64,000 nucleotides of DNA, taken from positions 10,240 to 74,239 of the forward strand of contig JAIORC010000188.1 in NCBI GenBank assembly GCA_021108335.1. Reading direction: 5' to 3'. This document shows, piece by piece, positions 17,663-26,646 of this stretch. The DNA comes from Phycisphaerae bacterium. Lineage in GTDB: Bacteria > Planctomycetota > Phycisphaerae > SM23-33. Position 1 is the stretch's first letter; the number at the start of each line of letters is the position of its first letter. The notes beneath the pieces were generated by a model, which searched no databases, was not told the DNA's origin, and worked only from the letters and a program-made list of their open reading frames with translations. A program made the position numbers and the translations under genes.

Positions 17663-20600
17663 ATGCGGAAACGAAAATTACTGACGGTTGTTTTCGGGAT
17701 TATCGTTCTGTCGTCGGCAGTTCAGGCGGGCATAGCGCCGCCGGCGATGTTCACCATGGTCAGGCCGGAATCCGGCGGCGATGCGAAACGCCGGCAACTG
17801 AGCCTGGCTGCCATGAATATCGACGTGCAGCTCCACGGCCCACTTGCCGAGACGAGCGTTACGATGACCTTTGCCAATCCCTTCAACCGCCAGCTTGCCG
17901 GCGATCTGTACCTGCCTTTGCCCCTGGGGGCGACCGTCAGCGGTTATGCGCTGGATATCGGCAAAATCATGGTTGACGGCGTCGCGGTCGGCAAACGCAA
18001 GGCGCGTGTCGTTTTCGAGAAGGAAAAGCGCAAGCGAATCGACCCCGGGCTGATCGAGTGGACGAAGGGCAATGTCTTCAAGACGCGCGTATTCCCGATT
18101 CCGGCGAAGGGTTCGCGAACCATTCGCATAACGTACATTACGAAGCTGGATTTCGAAGCCGGCCGGGCGGTCTATCGCCTGCCGCTGAATATTCGCGAGC
18201 AGCTTAAAAATTTCAAGTGCCGGTTGACTGTAATCCGGCCGCACGGGCTGCCCGTGTTGTTTCCGCCGGTAAAGGGGGCCAAGGCTCCCGTTGACAGGCC
18301 GGCCTTCACGCGGATCGAAAGCAATTACGTCGCGGAAATATGCAAGCGGGATTTCAAAGCCGACGATACGCTTGTCGTCGCCATCCCCATAAAGGCCGGC
18401 GACGTGGCTGTGGAACGCGGGCTGAATGGGGATTGCTACTTCTGCATTCATCAGCCGCAGCCGGCCAAGCCGGCAGCTTTCACCAGGGTCGCCCCTTTGC
18501 CGCTGCCGGCCGGCGTAACTGTTTTCTGGGACGCCTCAGGCTCTCGCGGCAAGGTGTCGCACGATGCCGAACTGAAACTCCTGCGGGAATATTTTCGCAA
18601 ATTCGCGAACCGGAAACTCCGTGTTAAACTTGTCGTCTTCCGCGATGTCGCGGAAATGCCCCGAACTTTCAAGATCGTCGACGGCAACGCCAAGGCGCTC
18701 ATCGACACGATAAAGCAATTACCGTATGACGGCGGGACGCAACTGGCGGCGATTTCGCCGTCGCCGGGGTCGGTGCCGACAGCCGGCAAGTCTGATTTGT
18801 GTCTGCTGTTCAGCGATGGGATGGACAATTTCGGCAAGACGCAGATGCCGGCCTTCCCAGGAAAGCTTTTTGCCTTTTCCGCCGGCGCGGTGGCGGATCA
18901 GCCCTTCCTCCGCAAGCTCGCCAGGGAACATGGAGGGCGATATTTCAATTTGGCCGCGACGCCCACAAGCAAAGTGCTGGCAGCGATGAGCGGCGAGGAC
19001 ATCCGTATTATCGTCCGGCACAGCAGCGGCGCTGTCAGCGTACTGCCGTACGATGTGCTTCTCGAACCCGGCGGGTTGTTTATTACCGGCAAACTGGTGA
19101 GCCGAAGCGCTGTCATCGAGGTTTTTTTGCAGCGGCAGGGAAGGACAAGTCGGCTTGCGAGGTATGGGGTTCTCGCAGCCGACGCGGTGGACGGCCGACT
19201 TCTCCGCAAGTTCTGGGCAGGCAGAAAACTCAAGGACCTGCTGCTCAGCCCCCGGATTAATCGCGAGAAAATAACCGCACTGGGCAAGAAGTTCAGCCTC
19301 GTTACGCCGTACACCTCCCTGCTCGTGCTGGAATCGCTCGAGCAGTATCTCAGATACGACGTAACGCCCCCGAAAACGTGGAAGTCGATGTATGACCAGT
19401 TCCAGAAGCAAAAAGTCGCCGTCAGGCTCAAACCTCAAGCCACGCAGGCCAAATTGCTCAAACGCGCTCGTTTGCAATGGGCCGACCTGTTGAAATGGTG
19501 GAAAACCGGTTGGAAAACCGATCGGCGGGAAACTGATACTTCAAGGCAAAGACAAACAACCCGCAAGAGCCTTTGGGAGCAGGCTCAACCCAAGAAAGAA
19601 GAGGGAGGCTTATTCGGCCCAGGAGGTTTATTCGGTGAAGAGGGAGACTCTGCTTCAAGCGGAGGTGGAGGCGGAAGCATATTCGCAGGTGAAGACGAGG
19701 CTCCTGGCAGCGCCCGCCGTCCGCCTGTGCGAATTCCGTCCCGACACCGAGAACAGAAACGAAGCCCCAGTCCTAGCCCCAATCCCAACCTCAACCCAAG
19801 CGGAACCGGCTTGCCGCAACCGGAAGACCAATCAGCACCGGAAGGTCCGCCAGAGCCAGAGCCGGCAGAACAACCCGTGCCGAAGCCGCAGCGATCCACG
19901 TCGCCGGGGGATTTTCGCGGGCCACGCGTGGACCTTGGACCCATCGTCGTGCCCGAGAAGGAGACCGACACCAAGCCCCCTCGCGAGAAAAAAGAGCAAA
20001 AGGCCGAGAGTTACTGCGTAGCCATCCGTGCCGCCAAAAGCGATCGGCGATATGCGACGTACCTGGCCCAGCGGAAAATCCACGGCAAGAAGCCGGGGTT
20101 CTATTTCGCCTGTGCCGAACTGTTTTTCCGTGATAAGCAGCGATTGCTGGCAAATCGGATATTGTCCAACCTTTCCGAACTGGAAACGGAAAGCCCGCGG
20201 CTGCTCCGAATGCAGGCTTATCGTCTGCTGGAAATTGGCGAGTTGGATTCGGCGATAGCGACGTTCCGCCGGGTGCTTGCAATGCGGGGCGAAGAACCCC
20301 AGAGCCATCTCGATCTCGGCGTAGCCCTTGGTCAGAGGGCGTTACGCACCACCGGCCGCCTGCGTAGTAAATATCTCTCCGGGAATGCGACACATCGTAT
20401 CCGCCGGGCCGCCCGACGGGACTATCGCCAGGCGGTCAGGTTGCTCAGGAAAGTTATTTGCAGCCAGTGGACGAAGTACGAGTTGCGGGGTAACTATTAC
20501 GATCCCGATAATCCATATCGCGAGATCGAGTTAACGGCTCTGATCGAATTGAATCGCCTGATCTGCGGCGTCGAGGGATTAGGGATAGGCAGGGGCGAAA

Positions 20601-20977
20601 AAGATTCGCCGCTAGGGAAAGTTCACAAGCTGGAGATGGATTTGCGGGTCGTGCTTCGTTGGGATACTGCCGGCGTCGATGTCAATCTGAGGGTCGAGAG
20701 GGAAGACGCGATAGCGTCAGGCCGGCGAAGTCGAAACTTTACCGAAGGCTACGGCCCGGAGGAATTCCTGCTGAAAAAGGCCGTTGCCGGCGGCAGTTAT
20801 GTAATCAAGGCTGTCTACCAAGCCGACAATGACGTCGAGTTGACCGGCCCGATTACGGTTCGCGTGGATATCTACAAAAACTTCGGCCGCCCCGGCGAGA
20901 CGCATAAAACCATTACCGCCCGCCTGAACAAGACAGGCAAAGACGTTAAACTCACCGAGGTCAATTTTGCCAATTGA
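17663..20977 (+). CDS. Large secreted VIT-vWA domain protein with disordered Pro/Glu/Ser-rich linker and C-terminal DUF2135-like beta domain
   Basis: Signal peptide; VIT domain (LYLPLPLGATVSGYALDIG...VFEKEKRKRIDPGLIEWTKGNVFKTRVFPIPAKGSRTIRITY); vWA domain (VFWDASGSRG...); low-complexity tract around 19.5-19.99 kb; C-terminal ~150 aa resembling DUF2135, which commonly accompanies VIT/vWA. Confidence 0.7.
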   Translation: MRKRKLLTVVFGIIVLSSAVQAGIAPPAMFTMVRPESGGDAKRRQLSLAAMNIDVQLHGPLAETSVTMTFANPFNRQLAGDLYLPLPLGATVSGYALDIGKIMVDGVAVGKRKARVVFEKEKRKRIDPGLIEWTKGNVFKTRVFPIPAKGSRTIRITYITKLDFEAGRAVYRLPLNIREQLKNFKCRLTVIRPHGLPVLFPPVKGAKAPVDRPAFTRIESNYVAEICKRDFKADDTLVVAIPIKAGDVAVERGLNGDCYFCIHQPQPAKPAAFTRVAPLPLPAGVTVFWDASGSRGKVSHDAELKLLREYFRKFANRKLRVKLVVFRDVAEMPRTFKIVDGNAKALIDTIKQLPYDGGTQLAAISPSPGSVPTAGKSDLCLLFSDGMDNFGKTQMPAFPGKLFAFSAGAVADQPFLRKLAREHGGRYFNLAATPTSKVLAAMSGEDIRIIVRHSSGAVSVLPYDVLLEPGGLFITGKLVSRSAVIEVFLQRQGRTSRLARYGVLAADAVDGRLLRKFWAGRKLKDLLLSPRINREKITALGKKFSLVTPYTSLLVLESLEQYLRYDVTPPKTWKSMYDQFQKQKVAVRLKPQATQAKLLKRARLQWADLLKWWKTGWKTDRRETDTSRQRQTTRKSLWEQAQPKKEEGGLFGPGGLFGEEGDSASSGGGGGSIFAGEDEAPGSARRPPVRIPSRHREQKRSPSPSPNPNLNPSGTGLPQPEDQSAPEGPPEPEPAEQPVPKPQRSTSPGDFRGPRVDLGPIVVPEKETDTKPPREKKEQKAESYCVAIRAAKSDRRYATYLAQRKIHGKKPGFYFACAELFFRDKQRLLANRILSNLSELETESPRLLRMQAYRLLEIGELDSAIATFRRVLAMRGEEPQSHLDLGVALGQRALRTTGRLRSKYLSGNATHRIRRAARRDYRQAVRLLRKVICSQWTKYELRGNYYDPDNPYREIELTALIELNRLICGVEGLGIGRGEKDSPLGKVHKLEMDLRVVLRWDTAGVDVNLRVEREDAIASGRRSRNFTEGYGPEEFLLKKAVAGGSYVIKAVYQADNDVELTGPITVRVDIYKNFGRPGETHKTITARLNKTGKDVKLTEVNFAN

Positions 20978-21019
20978 TGCCCGGTGTTTCGCCCGCGAGT
21001 TTTTTGTTTTGCCGTGGGG

Positions 21020-21934
21020 TCAGCCCTTGACGGCGCCGAGCTGGATGCCTTTGACCAGGTATTTCTGCATGAACACGAACAAGATAATCAGCGGCACGAC
21101 GCTCATGGCGACGGCAGCCATCAGCAGGTGCGTCGCCTGGCCCTGAGAGCTGTCGAAGGCCAGCAGGCCTATCGGCAGCGTATACTTGTGTTGCGAACGG
21201 AGCATGACCAGCGGCCAGAAGAAGCTCTTGTACGTACCCATGAACGTGAAGATGCAGAGCACGATCAGCCCCGGCCTGGCCAGCGGCATGATTACTTCCC
21301 AGAATACCTGCCATTTGCTCGCGCCGTCGATTTCGGCGGCTTCGTCCAGGCTGGACGGGATACCCATCATGAACTGCCTCAGCATGAACGTCCCGAAAGC
21401 GGTAAACGCCGCGGGAATTATCAGGCCTTCGTAGCTGTCCACCCATCCCAGCCAGTCCATGAGCTTAAATTTCGGGATCATCAACACCAAGCCGGGAATC
21501 ATCATAGTCGCCAGGTACAGCAGGAAAACCTTGTCTCGCCCGCGCCATTTCAGTCGGCTGAAAGCAAATGCCGCCATCGCGCTGGTCAGGCATTGAAGCA
21601 GTGTTACCCAGGATGCGATAAGCAGGCTGTTGAAGTAATATCGCATGAAAGCAGAATCAGTGAAGTACTGCCACCAATGCCACTGCGGATCCTTTTCGCC
21701 AGCCGCCGCTCCGTAGCTGAGCTTCTTGAAAACTTCCTGGTAATTTTCCGCCTGCCATTTTTCGGGAACCCAGTGTGTTCCCGAAACTTCTTCAAACGGC
21801 TTGAAGCTGGTCAGTGTCATCCAGACGAACGGCATAGCCATCGTACAACAGAGCATCAACAGGAACACGTGGCTGGTCAACATTGTCGCCAGCGGCTTAA
21901 AGAATTTATTGCGATGTTTGGCGGTTTTATTCAT
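21020..21934 (-). CDS. Carbohydrate ABC transporter permease (MalG-like)
   Basis: EAA-loop region DEAAEIDGASKWQVFWEVIMPLARPG; 6 TM; 8-bp overlap with the upstream permease. Confidence 0.85.
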   Translation of the reverse strand: MNKTAKHRNKFFKPLATMLTSHVFLLMLCCTMAMPFVWMTLTSFKPFEEVSGTHWVPEKWQAENYQEVFKKLSYGAAAGEKDPQWHWWQYFTDSAFMRYYFNSLLIASWVTLLQCLTSAMAAFAFSRLKWRGRDKVFLLYLATMMIPGLVLMIPKFKLMDWLGWVDSYEGLIIPAAFTAFGTFMLRQFMMGIPSSLDEAAEIDGASKWQVFWEVIMPLARPGLIVLCIFTFMGTYKSFFWPLVMLRSQHKYTLPIGLLAFDSSQGQATHLLMAAVAMSVVPLIILFVFMQKYLVKGIQLGAVKG

Positions 21935-23426
21935 TTACGTATCTGTTCCCGAATTTATAGTTGAACATTGTCAGGCTGAATATGATGATGAAAATCACCC
22001 AGGCTATTGACGAAGCGTACCCCATTCGGAGCGTTTCAAAGCCCTCGCTGTAGACGTAATAGCTCAACGTGGTGGTCGCCCCGTCAGGCCCGCCCCTGGT
22101 CATGGTTCTTGCCTGCTCGAAACCGCCCTGTATACCGCCGATAACCGACATGATGACGATGAAGAAAGTCGTCGGGGCAAGTTGAGGCCAGGTGATGTTC
22201 CAGAATCGCTGCCATGAGCTGGCACCGTCGATATCGGCGGCTTCGTACAGATGCTGCGGTACGTTGCTGATTCCCGCAATATAGAGCAGCATATTGTTGG
22301 AGCCGACAGCCATCCACAAACCCATAATCATGAGTGCCGGTTTGGCCCAGTGGACGTCGATGAGCCATTCAGGGGCTTCGAGGGCTTTGTCGCCGGCCCA
22401 GAGCGGCAAAGACTTTAACACCAATCCCAGCGAAAAAAGAATCAACCCGCCGACAGCCAGCGCTAACAGGCTCATAAAACCCGTGCCAAACCCGAAATCC
22501 CTCCGTAGCCAACCCCGAATTGTTACCGCACCGAAATAAAGCACGCCGAGGCCTGCAACTGCCCATAGGCCATAGCCTATCACCTGCCAAAGGTCCGGCG
22601 GTACAGATTTCAACCGCAATCCCAGCAAAAACAGAATCAACCCGCCCAAAACCAGATTCAGTAGTCGCATGAAGCTCGTGCCCAATCCGAAATCCCTTCG
22701 TCGCCAGCTGCGAATTGTTACCGTTCCGAAATAAAGCACGCCGGCGCCAGCAATCACCCACAACGCATAACAGCACACCTGCCAAAAACCAGACTGTGGG
22801 GAATTGACCAAATGGCATATCCAGTTCAGTATTGGCCGAAGGCTTTCGTTGACCGGCCCGCGTCCGGGATTGTACATCTGTTTCCACAGTAGAAACACCG
22901 CCACGCCGCTGGTGAAGCTCGGCAGGTAGAAAATCGTCCGGTACACCGTCGCGCCGGTGGTTATGCCCAAAGCCAGCACCACCCCGGACAATACACAGAA
23001 CAACAGGGCGATTAACCCGTAGCCCATACTGCTGAGCAACAGGCCCATGCCGGTAAAGCCGGCCAAGGCTATTAACGCCAACCCCCAACGGGTGGTACGT
23101 TTTTCGCTACGCAGTTTCCTGGTCAACAGCAACGCCAGCAATAGCGACCCGGCAATGCCAAGCGGTATACCCATCATGAAGAACAATGTGTTGCCAAGGA
23201 ATTTCCAGAAGTCGTCATGCGTCAACAAGTCATAAAAATTGCGCAGCCATACCCATTGGATCGGATCGTCCCGGAAGCGATTGTGGAGCGTCAAATCCCA
23301 GTTTGTAAAAGCCATCGCGATAGAGAAGACCACCGGAATCGCCACGAAAATAAGAAAGCCGATAAAATTGGGTGCCAGGAAGAAACACGCCGACCGAAGG
23401 TCGTTGCGACGTTTGTTTGTGCTCAT
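21927..23426 (-). CDS. Carbohydrate ABC transporter permease (MalF-like) with internal tandem duplication
   Basis: EAADIDGASSWQRFWNITWPQLAP EAA loop. Residues ~213-278 and ~279-342 are a tandem repeat (LYFGTVTIRSWRRRDFGLGTSFM / LYFGAVTIRGWLRRDFGFGTGFM). Confidence 0.8.
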   Translation of the reverse strand: MSTNKRRNDLRSACFFLAPNFIGFLIFVAIPVVFSIAMAFTNWDLTLHNRFRDDPIQWVWLRNFYDLLTHDDFWKFLGNTLFFMMGIPLGIAGSLLLALLLTRKLRSEKRTTRWGLALIALAGFTGMGLLLSSMGYGLIALLFCVLSGVVLALGITTGATVYRTIFYLPSFTSGVAVFLLWKQMYNPGRGPVNESLRPILNWICHLVNSPQSGFWQVCCYALWVIAGAGVLYFGTVTIRSWRRRDFGLGTSFMRLLNLVLGGLILFLLGLRLKSVPPDLWQVIGYGLWAVAGLGVLYFGAVTIRGWLRRDFGFGTGFMSLLALAVGGLILFSLGLVLKSLPLWAGDKALEAPEWLIDVHWAKPALMIMGLWMAVGSNNMLLYIAGISNVPQHLYEAADIDGASSWQRFWNITWPQLAPTTFFIVIMSVIGGIQGGFEQARTMTRGGPDGATTTLSYYVYSEGFETLRMGYASSIAWVIFIIIFSLTMFNYKFGNRYVNE

Positions 23427-24874
23427 TTGCCGGCCTCCCTGAGACGCCGAATCACGGGATTGTCAATCATTTCAAGCGGGACTTTTTTTCCGGCAGCCTT
23501 GAGACTGTCTATTTCCCGCTGCCGGGTGAGTGCCTTTTCGTATAACGGCTTGAGCTTTTTGTCGCGATTGACGGTGTTGCTGATTTCAAGGTTGATCTTG
23601 TCTGTCATCTTCCGCAAAGCATCTTTGACGGAACGCGTCTTGCTCTCCACGCCGGAGAGACTACGACCTATTGTGCGGCTAACGGTCGTGGAGATGACAA
23701 ATCGGCTGTATTCCTGCCCCACGCCGTATTTTTCCGCCACATGAAGATATTTTTCGTGAGCACCCCATTCATCGGGATATTTTGCCGGTTTGAGAAATTC
23801 CGGGACTCTGGTATTTTTGGGGTTGGGAGGCAAGGCATCGCCGTCTTCGATGATTAACCTGTTGTAAGATTCGTCGGCAAGGTATTGCAAAAACCGCAGA
23901 GCGATCTTTTTCGAGGAGTCGGACACCCCGGCGATAATCCCGGATGAACGAGCATCGATGAATGCCATCGGCATTACTTTATAGGGTATCAGGGCTACGC
24001 AGGGTTTGAAATCCTTGAAGTTACGCAGGGGAACCAGGCCCCATCGGCCTATGACCATAGACACGACCATTTCATTACCAAGCCACTGCATTTCCGCGCC
24101 GCCGTAGCCGCCCTCTACCGCCGCAGACGCCCGTTCCACAGGCGTGGGCATTACTTTATGCTTGAACATCAAGTCATAATAGAACTGTGTCGCTTCCAAC
24201 ACCTGCGGCGAATCGAGGGTGCATTTCGTCATCGTCTCGTTGAATATCGTCCCACCGTTCGTCGGCCATAGCCTACGCGCCTCGAAAGGCCAGATGGCGT
24301 AGCGCGTTACCCGCCCGTTTTCGTCGACCTTGCGAACCTTCAGGCACCACTGAAGAAACTCGTCCCAGTTCCAATCGAATTTCGGCATGGGCAGGTCTTC
24401 CCGTTCCAACAGGGCACGATTAACCGTCACAGGCGACGCCGTAAGATTACCCGGGAAGCCGTACTGCCTGCCGTCAACGACAATTTCCTCCCGCGCATCC
24501 TTATAGGTCTTGTCCGGGCCGAAATCATACTCCTTCGCGAAGTCGGTAAGGTCCATCAATACGCCCGCAGCCACGTACTGACGCAACTGGCCTCCATTGT
24601 AAATGTCTACAATCTCGCTGCCGACGCCGCTGGTTGCCTGGATTATAACCTTCATCGTGCCGCTGTTGTTGCTGTCGATCTCAAAATCAACTTCCCCGTA
24701 ACCCTTGTCCACCATCCATTTTTCAAATCCCGCCATCTGGCCTACGCGGGAGGGGTGAAGGTCTGTTACCCGGTACAAAAGCGGCACATCGCTACGGCGT
24801 TCCGGCAGCGTAGCCACCGCCAGAACAGTCAGCCCCGCAAGTACAAGAGTGGAAATGATGTAAAGTGCTTTCAA
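23423..24874 (-). CDS. ABC transporter extracellular solute-binding protein (family 1, sugar-type)
   Basis: Signal peptide, ~480 aa, and 4-bp overlap with the MalF-like gene at the head of the permease operon. Sequence is compatible with SBP family 1 but carries no strong motif. Confidence 0.55.
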   Translation of the reverse strand: MKALYIISTLVLAGLTVLAVATLPERRSDVPLLYRVTDLHPSRVGQMAGFEKWMVDKGYGEVDFEIDSNNSGTMKVIIQATSGVGSEIVDIYNGGQLRQYVAAGVLMDLTDFAKEYDFGPDKTYKDAREEIVVDGRQYGFPGNLTASPVTVNRALLEREDLPMPKFDWNWDEFLQWCLKVRKVDENGRVTRYAIWPFEARRLWPTNGGTIFNETMTKCTLDSPQVLEATQFYYDLMFKHKVMPTPVERASAAVEGGYGGAEMQWLGNEMVVSMVIGRWGLVPLRNFKDFKPCVALIPYKVMPMAFIDARSSGIIAGVSDSSKKIALRFLQYLADESYNRLIIEDGDALPPNPKNTRVPEFLKPAKYPDEWGAHEKYLHVAEKYGVGQEYSRFVISTTVSRTIGRSLSGVESKTRSVKDALRKMTDKINLEISNTVNRDKKLKPLYEKALTRQREIDSLKAAGKKVPLEMIDNPVIRRLREAGK

Positions 24875-25059
24875 GTTTGTCTGACTCCCATTCCATCTGG
24901 TCTGAGATGCGGATATTACAGAAGAACCGCGATTATCTGGATTTTTGCGAGCGGGTCAAACTTATTTCCAACGTCGAATGTGTCGACGCCGGGGAATAAT
25001 GGAGACATCTCCTGTTTTTGCCATATCCCTTGCGACGAAAGCAATTTTCAGAGGCACCC

Positions 25060-26355
25060 TTACTTGTCGCCGCTGGCTTTCTTCTTTTTCTCTGCTTGCT
25101 TGATTCGTTTTTGAAATGTCTTTTTGTATTTTTTGGCGTAGGTGGTCCACTTTTTGCAGAGTTCCTTGAGCTGCTTGTTGGCTTGGCGTTTGTCGAGGGG
25201 TTCAAGCAGCTTTTCCAGCTCGGCGATGTCGCTTTGCCATTGGGAAAAGAGTTCATCGCGTTGTTTGGCGGCGTCCTCAAGGAAATCCTGCTCCCATCCT
25301 CGTCCCGCGGCACGCGTGAAGGCCTGTAATGCCAAGCCGAGTTTGGGGGCTTTGAGGTGCTTCAGCCCCTTTTCATATGCTTTTTTGGCTGAACCGGCAA
25401 GGGGAGCATCGAGAAACTGAAAGGCCTTGTCCATCCATTTCGCGGAAGGCCTATCATGTCCCACGCCGGGCATGACAAAAAATTGAACATATTTAAAACC
25501 ATCCTTTTTCATGGTCTTTGCTACGGCACCCATGCCTTCCGGTCTATTTATTTTGTCTTTTTCGCCCGCGATGATGCAAATACGACTGTTTCGCTTGGCC
25601 CGACGGATAGCCGCGGCACTCGGATGATAACTAGGCCCCCGAGAAAATCCTTTTTTGCCTGGAACAGGGACGTTGCGGAAATAATCCACGCCGATAATAG
25701 GAATATTCCCCGTGAAAATATTGGAGTGCATCACGGCGATACGACTTGACATTCTCCCCCCGCCCGAAGCGCCGGCAACGTAAATACGACCCGGGTCGAT
25801 AGAGTAGCCGGCTTTGAGAATCTGTCGTACCGAATCGACCGACAATGCCTGTCGCCAGGGAACATAACACTTGTTGCCCGCATTAGCCGGCCCGATCCAG
25901 ATGAGATTGTACTTGTCAAAAAGTTTCTGCCACCGTCCCTGGGGCAGGTTCCCGGGACAGCTATTAACGAAAACGAGTAGGCCGAACTGCGTACCAGGCT
26001 TGTAGTGCGGCGGCACGTAGACATTCCAACGACAATGTGCCTCCTCTGCCTTTTCTTCGTCCCCTTCGCCACCCTTCTTTTTGGGAGTGGGTTTCCCTTT
26101 TTTTAACTTCGCCTTATAACTGCGGCAGATTGAGTAAAACAGTTTGCGGTTTACTCCCTTGTCTCCGATGGAATATCTGCCGGTTCGTGTAGCCGGCGGA
26201 ACATAGGCCGGCAGCACTTCGTCGGAAAGATATAATTGCGGGGGCTTGGCCGACCTGCCCTTGCCAACGGCAGGTTTGCCCAAAATCGAAGAGAATATGA
26301 ATACACCAGCAAATCCCACAATCAGCCAGAGTAAAATCAGTCGTTTGCCTACCAT
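25060..26355 (-). CDS. Alpha/beta-hydrolase esterase (PHB-depolymerase/feruloyl-esterase-like) with Lys-rich helical C-terminal tail
   Basis: N-terminal TM/signal segment, nucleophile elbow GASGG (YVAGASGGGRMS), a catalytic His candidate (VGHD), and a ~110-aa K/E-rich C-terminal tail. Confidence 0.55.
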   Translation of the reverse strand: MVGKRLILLWLIVGFAGVFIFSSILGKPAVGKGRSAKPPQLYLSDEVLPAYVPPATRTGRYSIGDKGVNRKLFYSICRSYKAKLKKGKPTPKKKGGEGDEEKAEEAHCRWNVYVPPHYKPGTQFGLLVFVNSCPGNLPQGRWQKLFDKYNLIWIGPANAGNKCYVPWRQALSVDSVRQILKAGYSIDPGRIYVAGASGGGRMSSRIAVMHSNIFTGNIPIIGVDYFRNVPVPGKKGFSRGPSYHPSAAAIRRAKRNSRICIIAGEKDKINRPEGMGAVAKTMKKDGFKYVQFFVMPGVGHDRPSAKWMDKAFQFLDAPLAGSAKKAYEKGLKHLKAPKLGLALQAFTRAAGRGWEQDFLEDAAKQRDELFSQWQSDIAELEKLLEPLDKRQANKQLKELCKKWTTYAKKYKKTFQKRIKQAEKKKKASGDK

Positions 26356-26646
26356 TAGTATTCACCGCCTTTGTATTTGTTGGATGTGATGGAAACACAT
26401 CATGCCCGAAAATATCACATTTCCCCGCTGGGACAACGATAAAACCATATGACATGCATGCGACAAAAACAAGATATTATTGAATAATAGGAATAACGGG
26501 AGCAGAGCCTGTTATTTGTCAAAAAGGTTGCTCTATTTAGATATCGGGCATCGTTTTTTCTGGCTTTTTTACGGGCGATCGCCACAATAGTGCGGACAAT
26601 TTGCGATTAGTGAGCAACTAAGTTTTAATTTACGGAGAAAAAGGGC

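Noticed and set aside
20978-21019. Terminator between the convergent VIT-vWA and MalG-like genes (gcccgcgagttttttgttttgcc)
   Set aside because: A T-rich tract is present but I could not find a convincing preceding stem.
21801-22010. Short ORFs (e.g. 21801-22010, 25018-25329) inside or between transporter and esterase genes
   Set aside because: They overlap well-supported CDSs on the opposite strand and have no homology signal.
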